From Bugula neritina (Eukaryota > Animalia > Bryozoa), in the NCBI GenBank assembly GCA_964035545.1, contig OZ037768.1:4930741-4994740 (forward strand): a stretch of 64,000 bases of DNA. Reading direction: 5' to 3'. The notes beneath the pieces were generated by a model. It was not told the origin of the DNA and did not search any database. It saw only the letters and a list, made by a program, of their open reading frames with translations. This document shows, in pieces, positions 38,428 through 57,283 of this stretch; positions within the stretch are counted from its first letter, which is position 1, and every line of letters starts with the position of its first letter. A program made the position numbers and the translations under genes.

Positions 38428-39514
38428 AGAGAGTGTGCGATTTTACTCTAAAAATAAATTAATAAGTAACATTTGCAACAATTTTATGCAGTTCATTACA
38501 AAATCCCAAATATCCAATCATGATAGCTGAATACAAGTAAGGAATTTTACACACCTCAAGTCTCTTAGCACAAAATAGGTCAATATTCAAATTACAGTAG
38601 CAACTATGGTATCTATATATGACAAGCATTTACTGACTGCATATCTTTTTAAATTATCTGCGATTTCAACAGAATATTTTATATGTGTTGGAAAAATAGT
38701 TAGTACTTTAGAGTTTTGTCCCAACAATCAACATAGCCAGTAAAATTTTATTCAGCAACGATGCTTCTAGCTCTTTAAATACTAAATAGTTTATAGCACT
38801 ATTTTTATCAAACCATCATTATGTTTTTGAAGTTTATAAACTCAAAATATGTAAGCATCAACACTCTGAAGTTTAATAAATATATGCTCATACTTATACT
38901 GCCTTTATATTTTATAGTTTATAGGAAAAATGTTGATCTTAAAGTTTGGCTTAATTTGACAGAAAACAATTTGTCCAAAACAAGATTATGCTACTAGTAT
39001 TTATATTTATATAAATTGATACTTTTGACATTCAAGTAATAAGACGTTTTGGTGTAGTCAAAATTTTTAGTGAAATTTCTCACTAGTTCAACTTTAACTT
39101 TACGTTACTGTAACACTAACAGTAACTGTAAGTGTACAACTACAAGTATATAATATTATAATACTAAGTCTAATACTAATACAGTAATACTAGTACTACA
39201 CAGTCCACACTCTACTCAGCTGACTCTCAGTGATACAGTGTCAATGTGAGTGTGAGTGATACTCTGATAGTGATACTGATTATTATTATCAATATGAATA
39301 TCATCGACATTATCATTATGATTATCATTATGATTATTAATATTATTACCATTATGGGATCATCACTTTAAATATATTACAATTAGTATTACTGTTGGTA
39401 TAAGTATTAGTGCTAGATTTAGTATTACTAGTAGTAGTACTACTACTAGCACTACAAGTATTTTTTCTATTTAAAACGAGACTCAGCTAACTTGATGAAT
39501 AATTTCTGAATATT

Positions 39515-39553
39515 GGAGACGACTCTACGAGGAGTAGTTATAGAGTTGTCTCC
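39515..39553. other. 13-bp hairpin in the DTWD2/DTNBP1 intergenic region
   Basis: GGAGACGACTCTA pairs with TAGAGTTGTCTCC with a single G-T mismatch and a 13-nt loop. Confidence 0.6.
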
Positions 39554-39781
39554 TTTAATGGAGTTTGCTTTTTATGAGTAGTCATTGAACTATAACTTAT
39601 AGTTTCAGTTCAGTGGTTAAACTTTAAAGTAATAAATCACGCTCTACGAGTTATCTCACCCAGCAACTCAGAGAAATAATAATAATATAACCTTTGCAGG
39701 AAGCGTCATGCTTCTAACAGACGCACACCCCCTTTTGGCTCTTTACCATCAATCTAGCTATGAGTTATAACCTATGGCTCT

Positions 39782-39940
39782 AAAATATCCGTAGAAGCGG
39801 CTCCGAGTTGGGGGTGATTCAGTGCAGTATTAATGTATAGCCTACTCATCATTGTTCAAATCTAAACCCCCAACTTCAAACTCATGACCCCGAACCAATT
39901 CGTTCAATGACTACCAACTCTGTGCTGCTTATAACGATTT
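39782..39940. repeat. Foldback element, copy 2 (diverged homolog of 18703-18850)
   Basis: AAGCGGCTCCGAGTTGGGGGTGATTCAGTGCAGT matches the left arm of copy 1, and CCAACTCTGTGCTGCTTATAA matches its right arm. Confidence 0.75.
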
Positions 39941-40930
39941 GCATGGCTATAAGCTATTCTAATGTCTATACATTCGTATGTCTACAATTTCAATTTGTGA
40001 TTTATATAGTTATCTAATTATAATATTGGTTATTATTGTTATAAAATTCCTATAACACTAACAGGCAAAACTTCTTTAGTTATTGAATAATTATAAAAAA
40101 CATCATCATTCAATAAATATAATTTATATTTTAATCTTCCAAAACGTGTAAACTGTAAACTTTACACTTTACAGTGTTAGTGTAAAGGTAAAACTAAAAC
40201 TATAAGTAAAAGTATAAGTCAGTGTAAAACTAAATGGAATAAATTATAATATTAATTGTATTGAATTTTATAATATTAATATTAGTTTTAGTTATTAAAT
40301 TTAATTATAGTTATTATTAATATTGTTGTTATAATTATCAATTATAATGATGTTAATTTAATTTAAAAATAAATCTCAATTTTAATTTACATTGATGATT
40401 GACTATGAGTATGTCTATTTAGTTTGAGTCTTATTGATTTATTTTCAGTGATTGAGTTTGACTCAGTTTAACACTAAGTTTCTTGCTCTTGGCATAATTT
40501 AAGTATAACTATAGCTTATAAGTATGAATGTTAATATAATCATAATGATTAATGATAATCACAATGAGTGTCTCACAATAATCAATAGTGTTGCTGCTAA
40601 CCATGAAACACTATTTTGAGTTTTAGTGGGAAGGGTTTAACCAATATGTTTTAAAGACCTATGCACAATTTTGCTATTTAAACTTGATATAGTGAGTATT
40701 TGAAAATCTATTTACTTTTAAGTGGTTAGTAGGCTAAGCATTACAATTAACTTAACAAGAAAAACCCTAGTGATCCTGGTATGTGTATTTTCAGTTCCGT
40801 TAAATTGTTAAATAAATAGACAAAATAGGTACAGTCGTTGCGAATAAAATCGTATTACAAATATCTTTTCTAATTTGTTGCAATTCTATTCCTTTTTGTG
40901 TTTTAGTTTTGGAAATTGTTTTCATCTCAT

Positions 40931-43900
40931 ATGATGCTTAAGTCGTTCCGAGCAAAGTTGGTTGCAGTCAAAGACGAGGTAACAGCAAGGTGAAACAATA
41001 TTAATTTTCTCTTGGGTTTACGGCTGCAATAGTCACTAAATTTTTAAGATTGCATCATAAATTGAAAATTTAAACTAAATTTACTTACGAATGATGTTTA
41101 ACCGATCTATGTTTATATACGTTGAGAGTTTCTAGCCACATTACATACGTTTTAGAAATTGAAAATTACAATTTATTCATTTTATAATTTCTACTACTTC
41201 AGTCTCAAGTCAGTCACTGATGGGTTATCAGATAAAAAAGTGTTGGATGAACCAACCATCTCCATTACAACATCCCAATATGGTGACTCTTCCGACACCA
41301 GTGATCAAGTGGTTGTAGGAGAACATAATGATGCAGCTCAAGACTTGCTCAATCGGTTTGTAAATTTTCATATTTCAGATTCAGGTTTGGAACATTCATT
41401 AGTTTGATGTGAAACAATGGACATCAATGCTTGCCTGTTTTGATATCTGTAAAAACGTCAATGATATTTGAAAGATAATTCAACCACAGTTCCTGTTGTT
41501 TCCTGATACGGCTACCCTTGCTAATTAATGGTATCAGAGATAAGATTATAGCCCAATCTTTTGTTAAATTGTATTTCTATTGGAAAGAAGAATTTATGTG
41601 AGTGTTTTGTTATAGTCATGTATTTAGTAGTGTATTTCAATGTTTGTGCAGATATGAAAACACCTGGGAGGAGCTGTATACCGTTGCTCAAACTAACATA
41701 GGTAAATCTAAAGTAAGTAGTATTACACATTTGTTGTTCATTTACTTCTAGTAAGCCTTGTATGCTTTGATGCATTATTTTTAGGCCAGCTAACTTTAAA
41801 ATGTTTTTTATTCGAATTAATTCATTCGGTGTAATCACCACTAAACATGTTTGTATGACTATGTACAATGAGGGCACAGTCTTTATTGACCATGTTTTGT
41901 AGAACATTGTTAAGGACTTCTATTCCATTCAAGCTGCTACATCTGCTATGGGGGACAATGTCAAGGATTTTGAAGCAGAAGTGGGCCAATTGCCTTTGGT
42001 CTTGTCAACAATTCAAACTATAACTAATCAAATAGGTATTTGCATAACAATGTGTCATTTGGTTGGGTAATGCAGCTTTATTAACTACACGCTATTTTTT
42101 GTTAAAACCTGTACTACTTATTTACTGTACAGACATTATACAATTTTGATAATAATATAACGTTATTTATTATTTAAGCAACTTCCAAAATAATGCGTTT
42201 TTATCTCTTTTTGGTGGAGTTTAAACTTTTCATTGTTTCAGCAGCAGCATTGGAATATAACAACACAATTCTAGCATGCTTCAAGTGTTTATGTTTCATC
42301 ATGGAAGCTGATACATAGCAGCCATGTTTATGTCTGATGGTAATGTGTGATGCTGTGTTATTCAGTGGATCTACATAGTCAGTGTGCTTTGATTGAAAAT
42401 AGCTTGGCCACACTCAACAACCTATGTGAAGAAGCTGACTTAGAGAAAGCCAAGCAATCAGAGATCAATAAATTAAATGCTTATGATTACCAAAAGAAGA
42501 AGCAGTTGGAAGCCTATTCAGGTTTGTGTTGGGGTCTGCTTGTAGACATGATGGAGCTAGCATCGTTGTAAAGTAGCATTTGATTATATGGCAATAATGA
42601 TGATTCATAATAAAAATTACAATGTGTAAAGAAAACATTAAGCTTCATTAAATATAAAGACACTTTTTCTGGTTTAAACAGGGGGTGGAGGGGTAAAAAC
42701 TTGGCTATATGGTATATTTTTTAAAGTACTAAAGCCAATAACATTAAAATTTGTCAACAATGATATCTGTTATAATGCACATCAATCTAAATACTTTAAT
42801 AGGCCCAAATAATTGCAAAAGTGTGGATGGCTGCTTACATTAGCCAGTTTATATATCATTACAGTTATTTTCAATAAAATAATAAAGGTATTACTTGTAA
42901 ATTTATTCTTCATGCAATTCTGTTCCCACATTTACGTCTGAAATATGAAAAGTTCAAGTGATTTTTTTTATCTCTGGTATAAAATCATCATAACAATTGT
43001 AACTATTGCATGCTTTAAATCTAAGTTTAGAACATTATGTGAGTTTATTAGTTTTAAACTGCTAGCTTCAAGGTAAATGTTTTTATAATTTTAGCCAATC
43101 TTGCTAAAGAACACAGAAGGAAAATAATTTCTTTAGAGTTGCGAGAAGCCGAAGTGAGAAGAGAAAAAGAATTATTCTATCAAAAAGCTTTTGAGGAAGA
43201 TATGCAACGATTTAAAATGGAACAGCACAATAGTGAGTTCAAAGCATATTAAAATTATTATATTCCAATTTTATATTGCCTAATTTGATTTTTGTGTATT
43301 GGTTTTGTTTCTCTACAAAATTTTGATGAACCAGGAATTTGCCTTTTGAGCATATGTTTCAATTAAAAATATGTGTCATTTTTATGGCGTTAGTACATCT
43401 ATATTTATATAGCCCTATTTCTCAGATTTATTCCGTAGTGCTATAAATGCCCAAATACATTCCCATTCACCAACCATTTGGTACCTTTGCAGAACAATCT
43501 TCTACTACCTTAGCTCAAGTGACTCTTCCAACCAACATAGAAGATGCCGAAAAGCTAGAGGAGTTTTTAAATGGTAATTAAAAAAAACAATTTTGTATAT
43601 TTTTTTTTAAAAAAAGGTCACCAGCAGCATAGAAAATACATGTAGATAATATTTAAAATTTATTTTTTGATCACAAATGCAGGTGAACTTAAACTAATAA
43701 CCCTTTTTTTATAGATAAGGGAGACATGACTGTAAATGGTATTCTTACTACAACTCAAGTAGAACCTGAAAAAGGCACCAGTAGAAGTGAGGACACACAA
43801 GGAAATGAAGCCAGTGATACTGACCAGAGTGGCAGACACAGTGATGTTTCTAGTGATGGTTTAGAGTGGGATGAGAATGCAGATACTATCGACATTCTAG

Positions 43901-44034
43901 AAGATTCTCTTGAAAAGGAGATAAATAGTATTGTGGAGCAAGGTAATGGCATACAGTTAGGTACCAGTGCTGATTCTGATAGAACAATGGTTGATGGTCA
44001 ACTTGATGAAGATACTGGTGTTAAGTATGATTGA
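40931..44034 (+). CDS. DTNBP1: Dysbindin (BLOC-1 subunit 8) homolog with an acidic C-terminal tail; multi-exon
   Basis: MMLKSFRAKLVAVKDEVTASLKSV, AAQDLLNRYENTWEEL, QLPLVLSTIQTIT, IENSLATLNNLCEEADLEKAK and EKELFYQKAFEEDMQRF follow the dysbindin coiled-coil pattern. Confidence 0.82.
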
Positions 44035-44336
44035 CTCGTATGATCATCTAGTATTCACTGAGATCTCTTATGGTTTTATGGTTTATCCTGTTATTCAAAA
44101 AATAACAGGAAGGTTTCAATAGTTAAACTTTATTTTTATACTAATTTAAAATTGAATTATTTTGGTGCTATGCAATCATGTTTGTTATTTTGTTGATATA
44201 TTTTATGATATTTGAAAAAATATACACACATACAAAACTTTTAAAATACTATTTAATAAAAACTATAGACATATGCAATGGAATTTTTATATAAAAACAT
44301 GATAAATACATTAAAAAATATGTAGAAAATGTACAA

Positions 44337-50431
<6,095 letters not shown>

Positions 50432-50949
50432 TTTCAGATCTACATAATTGATAGGTGTGAATTATGATGTAAATCCAATATTTAGCTTTTTAAAAAGAGA
50501 ATTTCTAGAAAACACATAAATTCTATTAGATGCAATATGAATAGAAACCTATTGTTCGCCTTCTTCATCAAATGAACCTTTACTTAGTTCCTTATCTTAT
50601 CTTACCTTTTAGAAAGATAAACTCAACTCAAAGAATTAGACATATTTATTGAATGTAAACAATCGTTTACGGTCCTGTGAGAGCCCTGCTATATATTGAT
50701 ACATGATAGGAAATGTGTTTAATTTATTTAATGTCATAATAAAGATATGCTTGAAAAGTAAAAATCAAATTTTTGATACATTAGCTTAGAAGTTTAATTT
50801 ATAACTGATATGTAAACCGATTTACATGAGAAAGAAATTATACAATTATAATGTATGATTATTTATTGAAATAGTAAGTATTATTTACCTATAAGAGCGT
50901 TTTCATAAGCAAATCATGAAAAATAAAGACCAGCATTACTACGCCTATC

Positions 50950-51760
50950 ACCATGAGACTGAGAGTAAGTATCACGTTAGCTAAGACTTGGAGAATAGGA
51001 CTTAGAGTCAGACTGAGCGCAGATGTCTGTCAGACCTGTATTACTATGAGTATCACTATCAGTGTGAATATGACTATCACTATGAGTAGGACATTGACTT
51101 TGAGATTAGCTCTGACTGTGAGTGTGACTATCAGACCCAGTGTATCACTATGAGTATGACTATCAGTATCCCTATGACTATCACTGACACTATGACTCTA
51201 TCATATCTATCAGTCTATGAGACTCAGATTCTCTTTGAGTATAACTTTAAGTCTATCACTATCACCATGATTATTACTATTAGTATTAGACATAGTTATA
51301 GTATGACTATCAGCCTACCATCTATGAGTATGAATATCAATATGAAATTGAATATGAATATCAGTAGAAGTCTCATAATCAATATCAATATGAATAGAAT
51401 ACTATTACTATTGGTATTATATAATACCAATAAATCATAATAATTATCAGTATCAGCATGAGTATGACTACGAATACGAGTATCATGTCATAGTCAGTGT
51501 TACTCAGTTACACTTACTCTTACTCTTAGTGACTTACACTTACAGTCAGTTTCACACATTATGATCATCATTATCCGTATGAGTATGATTACGAGGATGT
51601 AAGTTACAGTTAGACTAAGTATCAGCATCACTATCACTATCAGTATTAGTATGAGTACCAGTATGTTTATCAAATTCAATTTCCAACTCAAACTGAAACT
51701 CAAGCCCAATGCCAAGTGAAGAAACTCAGATTCAGAATGAGAACTCAAACTGAAACTGTG
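50950..51760. repeat. Degenerate hexamer-periodic low-complexity tract upstream of MAPK7
   Basis: Runs such as ACTATG AGTATC ACTATC AGTGTG AATATG ACTATC produce the M/T/I/S-rich spurious ORFs at 50953, 51150 and 51500. Confidence 0.85.
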
Positions 51761-52429
51761 TTTTTGTTGAGCTCGTAGTTGTTGGTTATTTAAAAAAAAT
51801 AATTAAACTGCATTTTGAAAATCTCAATAACGGTAAAAGCTGAATTATTATTAACAATCAATTCAATTTCAATGCGATTAATAAGTATCAATAATTCCTA
51901 ATGGTCAAGGTGAGGTTTTATATACCGAGTGTTCGTTCTAAAAATAGATATTGTTATTGCAGTCTTTTTAAGCCTTATTTAAATAGTAAACGTATATTGG
52001 TTTGACAATATAATTAGAGGCGCCAAGTATTAGCTCGGGTTCTTTTCAAAATTAAAGAAAATAGAGAAGTTTGATATTTGTAATAGAAAACAAGCATAGC
52101 AATAGCATGAGCAATAGAAAGATTTTAATCTTTAGTTGACTCGCCATTCTCCCCATCGACGAAATTGGTCCACTCAGGTCCTATGATACCCCATACTGAT
52201 ACATAGTAATACATTCGTGTTCTCATACTCATACTCATGTATCATCATCATGTATGATGTTAACGATATTCTTTTTCTAATTCTATCCAAAATCATATTC
52301 ATATTGATAGTGTAAACTTGCGTCTTAATTTGTTTACTCACTCCCTGAAGTATAGCAATAAGTGTTTCTTTCGTAACGACTACATCTCAAACTGAAACTA
52401 ACAAACCATTTTATTTTTAACTTTTAAGG

Positions 52430-53000
52430 AAGTATTACTATTACTATTAGTATTACTATTAGTATCAGTATTGCTATTACTATTAGTATTAGTATTACAT
52501 TTAGTGATTTACTATTATTATTACTATTACTATTAGTATTACTATTACTATTAGTATTAGTAGTACTATGAGTATGAATATAACTATAACGTATAATTAT
52601 AAGTATTACTATTATTAATACTAATAGTAATACTAATAGTAATACGCCTAATACTAATAGTAATACTTATAGTTATATTCAGTATTAGTATTAGTATTAC
52701 ATGTACATTTTGATTTAGTCTTAGCCTTACTGAGTTATTATTTATATTGATAGTGATACTGATAAAATATTTTATTAATTTGTATCGCTTAGCTTTATCA
52801 CTTAATCTTATGTATTTAATTTTGTACTTATGCTAACAGTAACTCTAAGAGTAAGTAACACTAAATCTAATACTAATAGTATTATAAATAGTAATAGTAA
52901 TACTAATACAGTAATACTAATAGTAATAGTAATACTTATACTCTTATTATAAGTTCAAGGTTATAGTTATAGGTACACTAACACAGTAAGTGTAGCATTC
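52430..53000. repeat. (AGTATT/ACTATT)n and (AGTAAT/ACTAAT)n low-complexity tract upstream of PTTG1IP
   Basis: Directly visible hexamer repeats; the orientation flips near 52610. Confidence 0.85.
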
Positions 53001-53639
53001 ACATTGATCATTGATGATTGGAAATGAATTATTAATATTATAATTATTTATTGTTGACATTGTTAATATAGCATTAACTATGCTTAAAATAATACTTCTA
53101 TTGCTAATGACCTGTGATTATTATAATAATTATTAATAATATTATGATTAAAGCATCAATTCATATTAAATTTTATTAGTAATACTAGGAGTTCTATGGT
53201 AATTATAATCAAATTGTATATGGTGATAACTGCAATAATGTTAATATTCAATTTGATTCAACTCTAAAGTTATTATTTGTATTACCAGAAAAAAATGTTA
53301 TAAGTAAATTTTTCATAAGCCCAGGTATACTTAGTATTGCAATATCACAGAGTTTTTCATAGGCTGGTAATAAAATATGTTGAAATAATTGTAGTCAGTC
53401 CTTTTTTAAATGAAATTTTATTGATGTATCAGATTTTTTATATCTTTATTCTTTTGTGATAAAAATATATACATTGAAATTTCATAGTTATTATACCAGA
53501 CTTGTTGTTTAGCTTTCAGCGTACTCTAAGCGAGCTATAGTATGGTTGTCAACTGATATCCGTCGTCAATGCTCACTGATAGGTACTGCATCACAATTGT
53601 AACTAAAATTGTTAGACTTTTTTCAGACGTACACTAAAG

Positions 53640-56600
53640 ATGAAGAAACTACTCTGTGCTGTTGCTTTTTTGGCATTTGCTAGCACATTCACCTTAGCTG
53701 TCCCAACCAACTCAAGTACTGTCAAGCCTTCCACTACAAGTCAGTAGTTTATGCTTTGAGTAAATTTCAGTTGTAGAACTTATCTTTGCAGGAGCTTGGC
53801 ATTAATACAACGTTATCCGAAAAGTTGTTATGTTTAAAGTAGAAACAATAGTAGTTTTGAAGCAAAATAATAAAGGTGCCGCACCATCATTATATGTTTT
53901 TGCATAGATAGAAAATTGATTTAAAAATTAGTATTGCTTTCGCTAAAATTTGCCTGTGTTTCAGATACAGGTTCAGGCATTTTTGAAAAGTACTAATGTA
54001 ATTAGTACTTTTGTTTTTAGTATAAAAATGTAATTAGCGTTTCTGCTATGTTTTATTTAATCAGTGATTGTTGTTATTAACCATCATCTCTACCATATCT
54101 ACATTGTAATGACGCTTGTTCCTGCATGTCACCTCCTTCTGTTATGAGCTCACAATGAATCTTACAGCTCTTGGTGTTTGCTCCCAGTATGATGGAAAGG
54201 ACTGTAACAGTTGTGTCAGCAACTCAAAGGGTAAATGTGCCTACTGCAATGAAGAGAAATTGTGTCACCCAGTGCTGTCGAAAGGGTTGTTCAGTGAGAG
54301 TAAGCTATGCAAAGGTGGACTGAGTGACATCAGTTGGGGTACCTGCTCAGGTATGTCTAGAAACTGGTAGAACAAAGGCCATGGTTTGTTATCTTGCTCA
54401 CAGTTAGCTTTAACAATGTTTTTATTTTCGAGTGCTGATAATCTATCAAGTACTTTGAATATATAGCTTACAGGCATCTGTAGTTAGCTTTACATTAACT
54501 AGTTAACTAGAATTTGTTATTGATTACAGCCATTCATTTCCTCTAAAACATAGTCCTACATCTGCTGTGGGGAAATGTGAAAAATTGCATCTCCACTTCA
54601 TGTACTTTTAATTTCTAAACTATATTGTAGCGTTAATTGTGTTATTTTTCATGGGGAGACTGTAATGCTAACTTCAACTATTGTGACCAGTTCCCCTGTC
54701 TAATTTCCAACATCCTTATGGGTTTTGAAACCTATATTTCTCCATTACCACTCATATGTTATGATTCACAGTGAACATGTTGGCTCTGATCATTGGTGTG
54801 AGTGTTGTTGGCGGACTCCTTATAATCTCTTTCTGCGCATGTATTTGCTGTTGTTGCTGCTGCAAAAACTCGGCCAAACAAAAACTTAAATGGATGAAAC
54901 AAGATGCTGCCGCTGCCAGAAAAACGGAAGAACGAAAAGCCAAGTACGCTGAAAGGTATTGGAGATGTTATATTCATATGGTTACTACTTTCAGTGAATC
55001 CCCTTTTTCTATATATCAACTGGTGAAGAGATTAGTGTTCTATTCAGTGTATACATTAGTCTGTGGGAGTCGTGTTGGTCTAGTTGTAATACAGTATATA
55101 TTATACACAATATGAATGCAGTCTACAGGCATGTGATAACAGCTCAAAATACTTTTATAGTTTTATTTTGATTTATATTTTCTTAGCCTACATTTACACA
55201 TATGTGACTGGTCATATTACTCTCAGTGAAAGTGAGATATTTCACTATTGTCAGTATAGTTTATGAAAGGTTATAAAGTTTAACCTTGTGCATTCATCTA
55301 TATACGAGTACAACATCTTTACAGCATAAAATGGATGAATACTGGTGACCAATTTGAATTTTGTAATAACAATTAAAAATTTGAGATGGCACAAACACAG
55401 CATAAATTGTACTGGGAAAGATATTGCCTGTCATACCTTCTGTTGTGGTACTTCTACGTTCACTTGGTTGTGAAATGATCAGTTGAGTGCATAACTGGCT
55501 CTTGCCCAACTTGGCTAGTAGTTGTAACTAGTCGTGCGTGACTGGTCTGAATACAACTAACTGGTACCAGCAAGCATGGTAGTGATATATTTACCTTTGC
55601 AGCTGTGAGATCAAACAAGTTGAATTATTAGTGATATTTTTAGCTTAATACTTGGATCATAGCCATTTTTTGATACATAATCTCTTAGCATTGTTAAATG
55701 ATAACACAATCGAAGATTTTATTGTTTTATTACTTTGTAAAAGTAGCAGTAGACAACTTCGTAAAAGTTTTCAACAGTTACTTTTTTATTTTCACAATAC
55801 AATATTGCATGGAAGTGTCAAGCACGCTTTTCATATCACACTACTAGAACAACTCGATGGTGTAGTCTAGACTTTAATTCTGTGGACTTCAAACCTCACT
55901 GCATATCATGTATAACTCTGTTTACATATCAAAACACTGCTTGCTGATATTTGCAGGAGAGCTGAGCGTCAAGTTAAAAATGATGAAATAAGAAAGAAAT
56001 ATGGTGAGTTGACAGTGTAAAATAGTTTCAAATGCAATTCTTCTAGTTTTTGCAATGCATAGTTACATAATCAATGTTTTAATTTAAACGCCAGACATCA
56101 ATTTAGCTAATGTGTCTGAGAATATTTTTTGATCAATAAATTAATCTTGGCTTGGCTTGGCTTGCTTTATCTCATCACCAGTTTGAATGGTGGTGAACAT
56201 AGCAACACAATTAAATAAATGAAAGAGATCATCTATAAGTTTATGGTGACAAAATACCCACATGTCTATTCTGAGCTTACCCTAATCATCCTAGTCTAAT
56301 TACTTGATTATTTCCACTCAAATTCTTTATTCATTATGCTACAACAAGCATGCCATTTGTAATTTGCTCACTGCCATTTTCAAGTGTTGGCTTTAGGTAT
56401 GCTGTAAGTATAGCTGTGTATTGAGTAAATAAAGCTTGTTAACATGTCATGTGATCTTCTACGTGACATGCATATAGATGTTTGAGCTGATGGCTTGTTG
56501 ATGAGATGATGTAACTCAACACTGATTAGCATTTCTTCAATTTATTGTTTTGTTTTATACGCCACAAGTGGGTGTTCAACTTGTAGTCGTTGTGGTGAGG

Positions 56601-56699
56601 TGCAGATGTATCCTATTCTGTATTATAACTGGTATACTTGTAGGACTGTTCAAGGGGGACCAAGGAAGTTACCAGAGAATGGAAGAAGATGACGCATAA
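53640..56699 (+). CDS. PTTG1IP: PTTG1-interacting protein (PBF) family type I membrane protein; 5 coding exons
   Basis: Signal peptide MKKLLCAVAFLAFASTFTLA, PSI-like Cys domain (CNSCV...CAYC...C...ISWGTC), TM ALIIGVSVVGGLLIISFCACI, a poly-Cys run, and RRAERQVKNDEIRKKYGLFK...SYQRM. Confidence 0.92.
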
Positions 56700-57283
56700 C
56701 TTCTAATGGCTATGTTGTGTTATTATTATGGTGAATATGCAAACTATCAAGTACCCGATTCATTCACTCTTTGCCTAATTTTTATTTATCATTGTTTGCT
56801 GTTTAATATTTTTTGTAACAATATTTGTGCCTGATAATAGCTCACTCATCCACTTTTTATCATATTCAGTTTTTTGCTTTATTAATTTTTTGCTATATGT
56901 ATTGGGAACATATTATTATGTCAATACAGTGTTACACTATTAAAAAATAGTGGCGTGGCTTCTCTTCTGTTTGAATCTTGTTACAGGAATTCTTTCATTG
57001 CTGCAACAAATCATGGTAAAAGTTAAAGTTTTCCAATTGATACACTGATACCATATACCTATATCACTCTACTAAAGGTGTAACGGTTAGCATTATCTTA
57101 TGGTCATGTTGAACACACATCAAGTATCACATGCAACTGACAACTCTTAATTTATGCAGCCTGGTGTTACTGTGTGACTTAATGCACATAGAAGTATGGT
57201 AACTATATTAATTGAAGTAGTAAAGTATAAAGAGAATTAAGCTATTCAATGTTTTAAATAGAAAATTAATTCTCCTAACTTAC

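Noticed and set aside
50953-51748. M/T/I/S-rich ORFs at 50953, 51150 and 51500 (and 62350)
   Set aside because: They are by-products of the hexamer-periodic tract, with no splice structure or recognisable motif.
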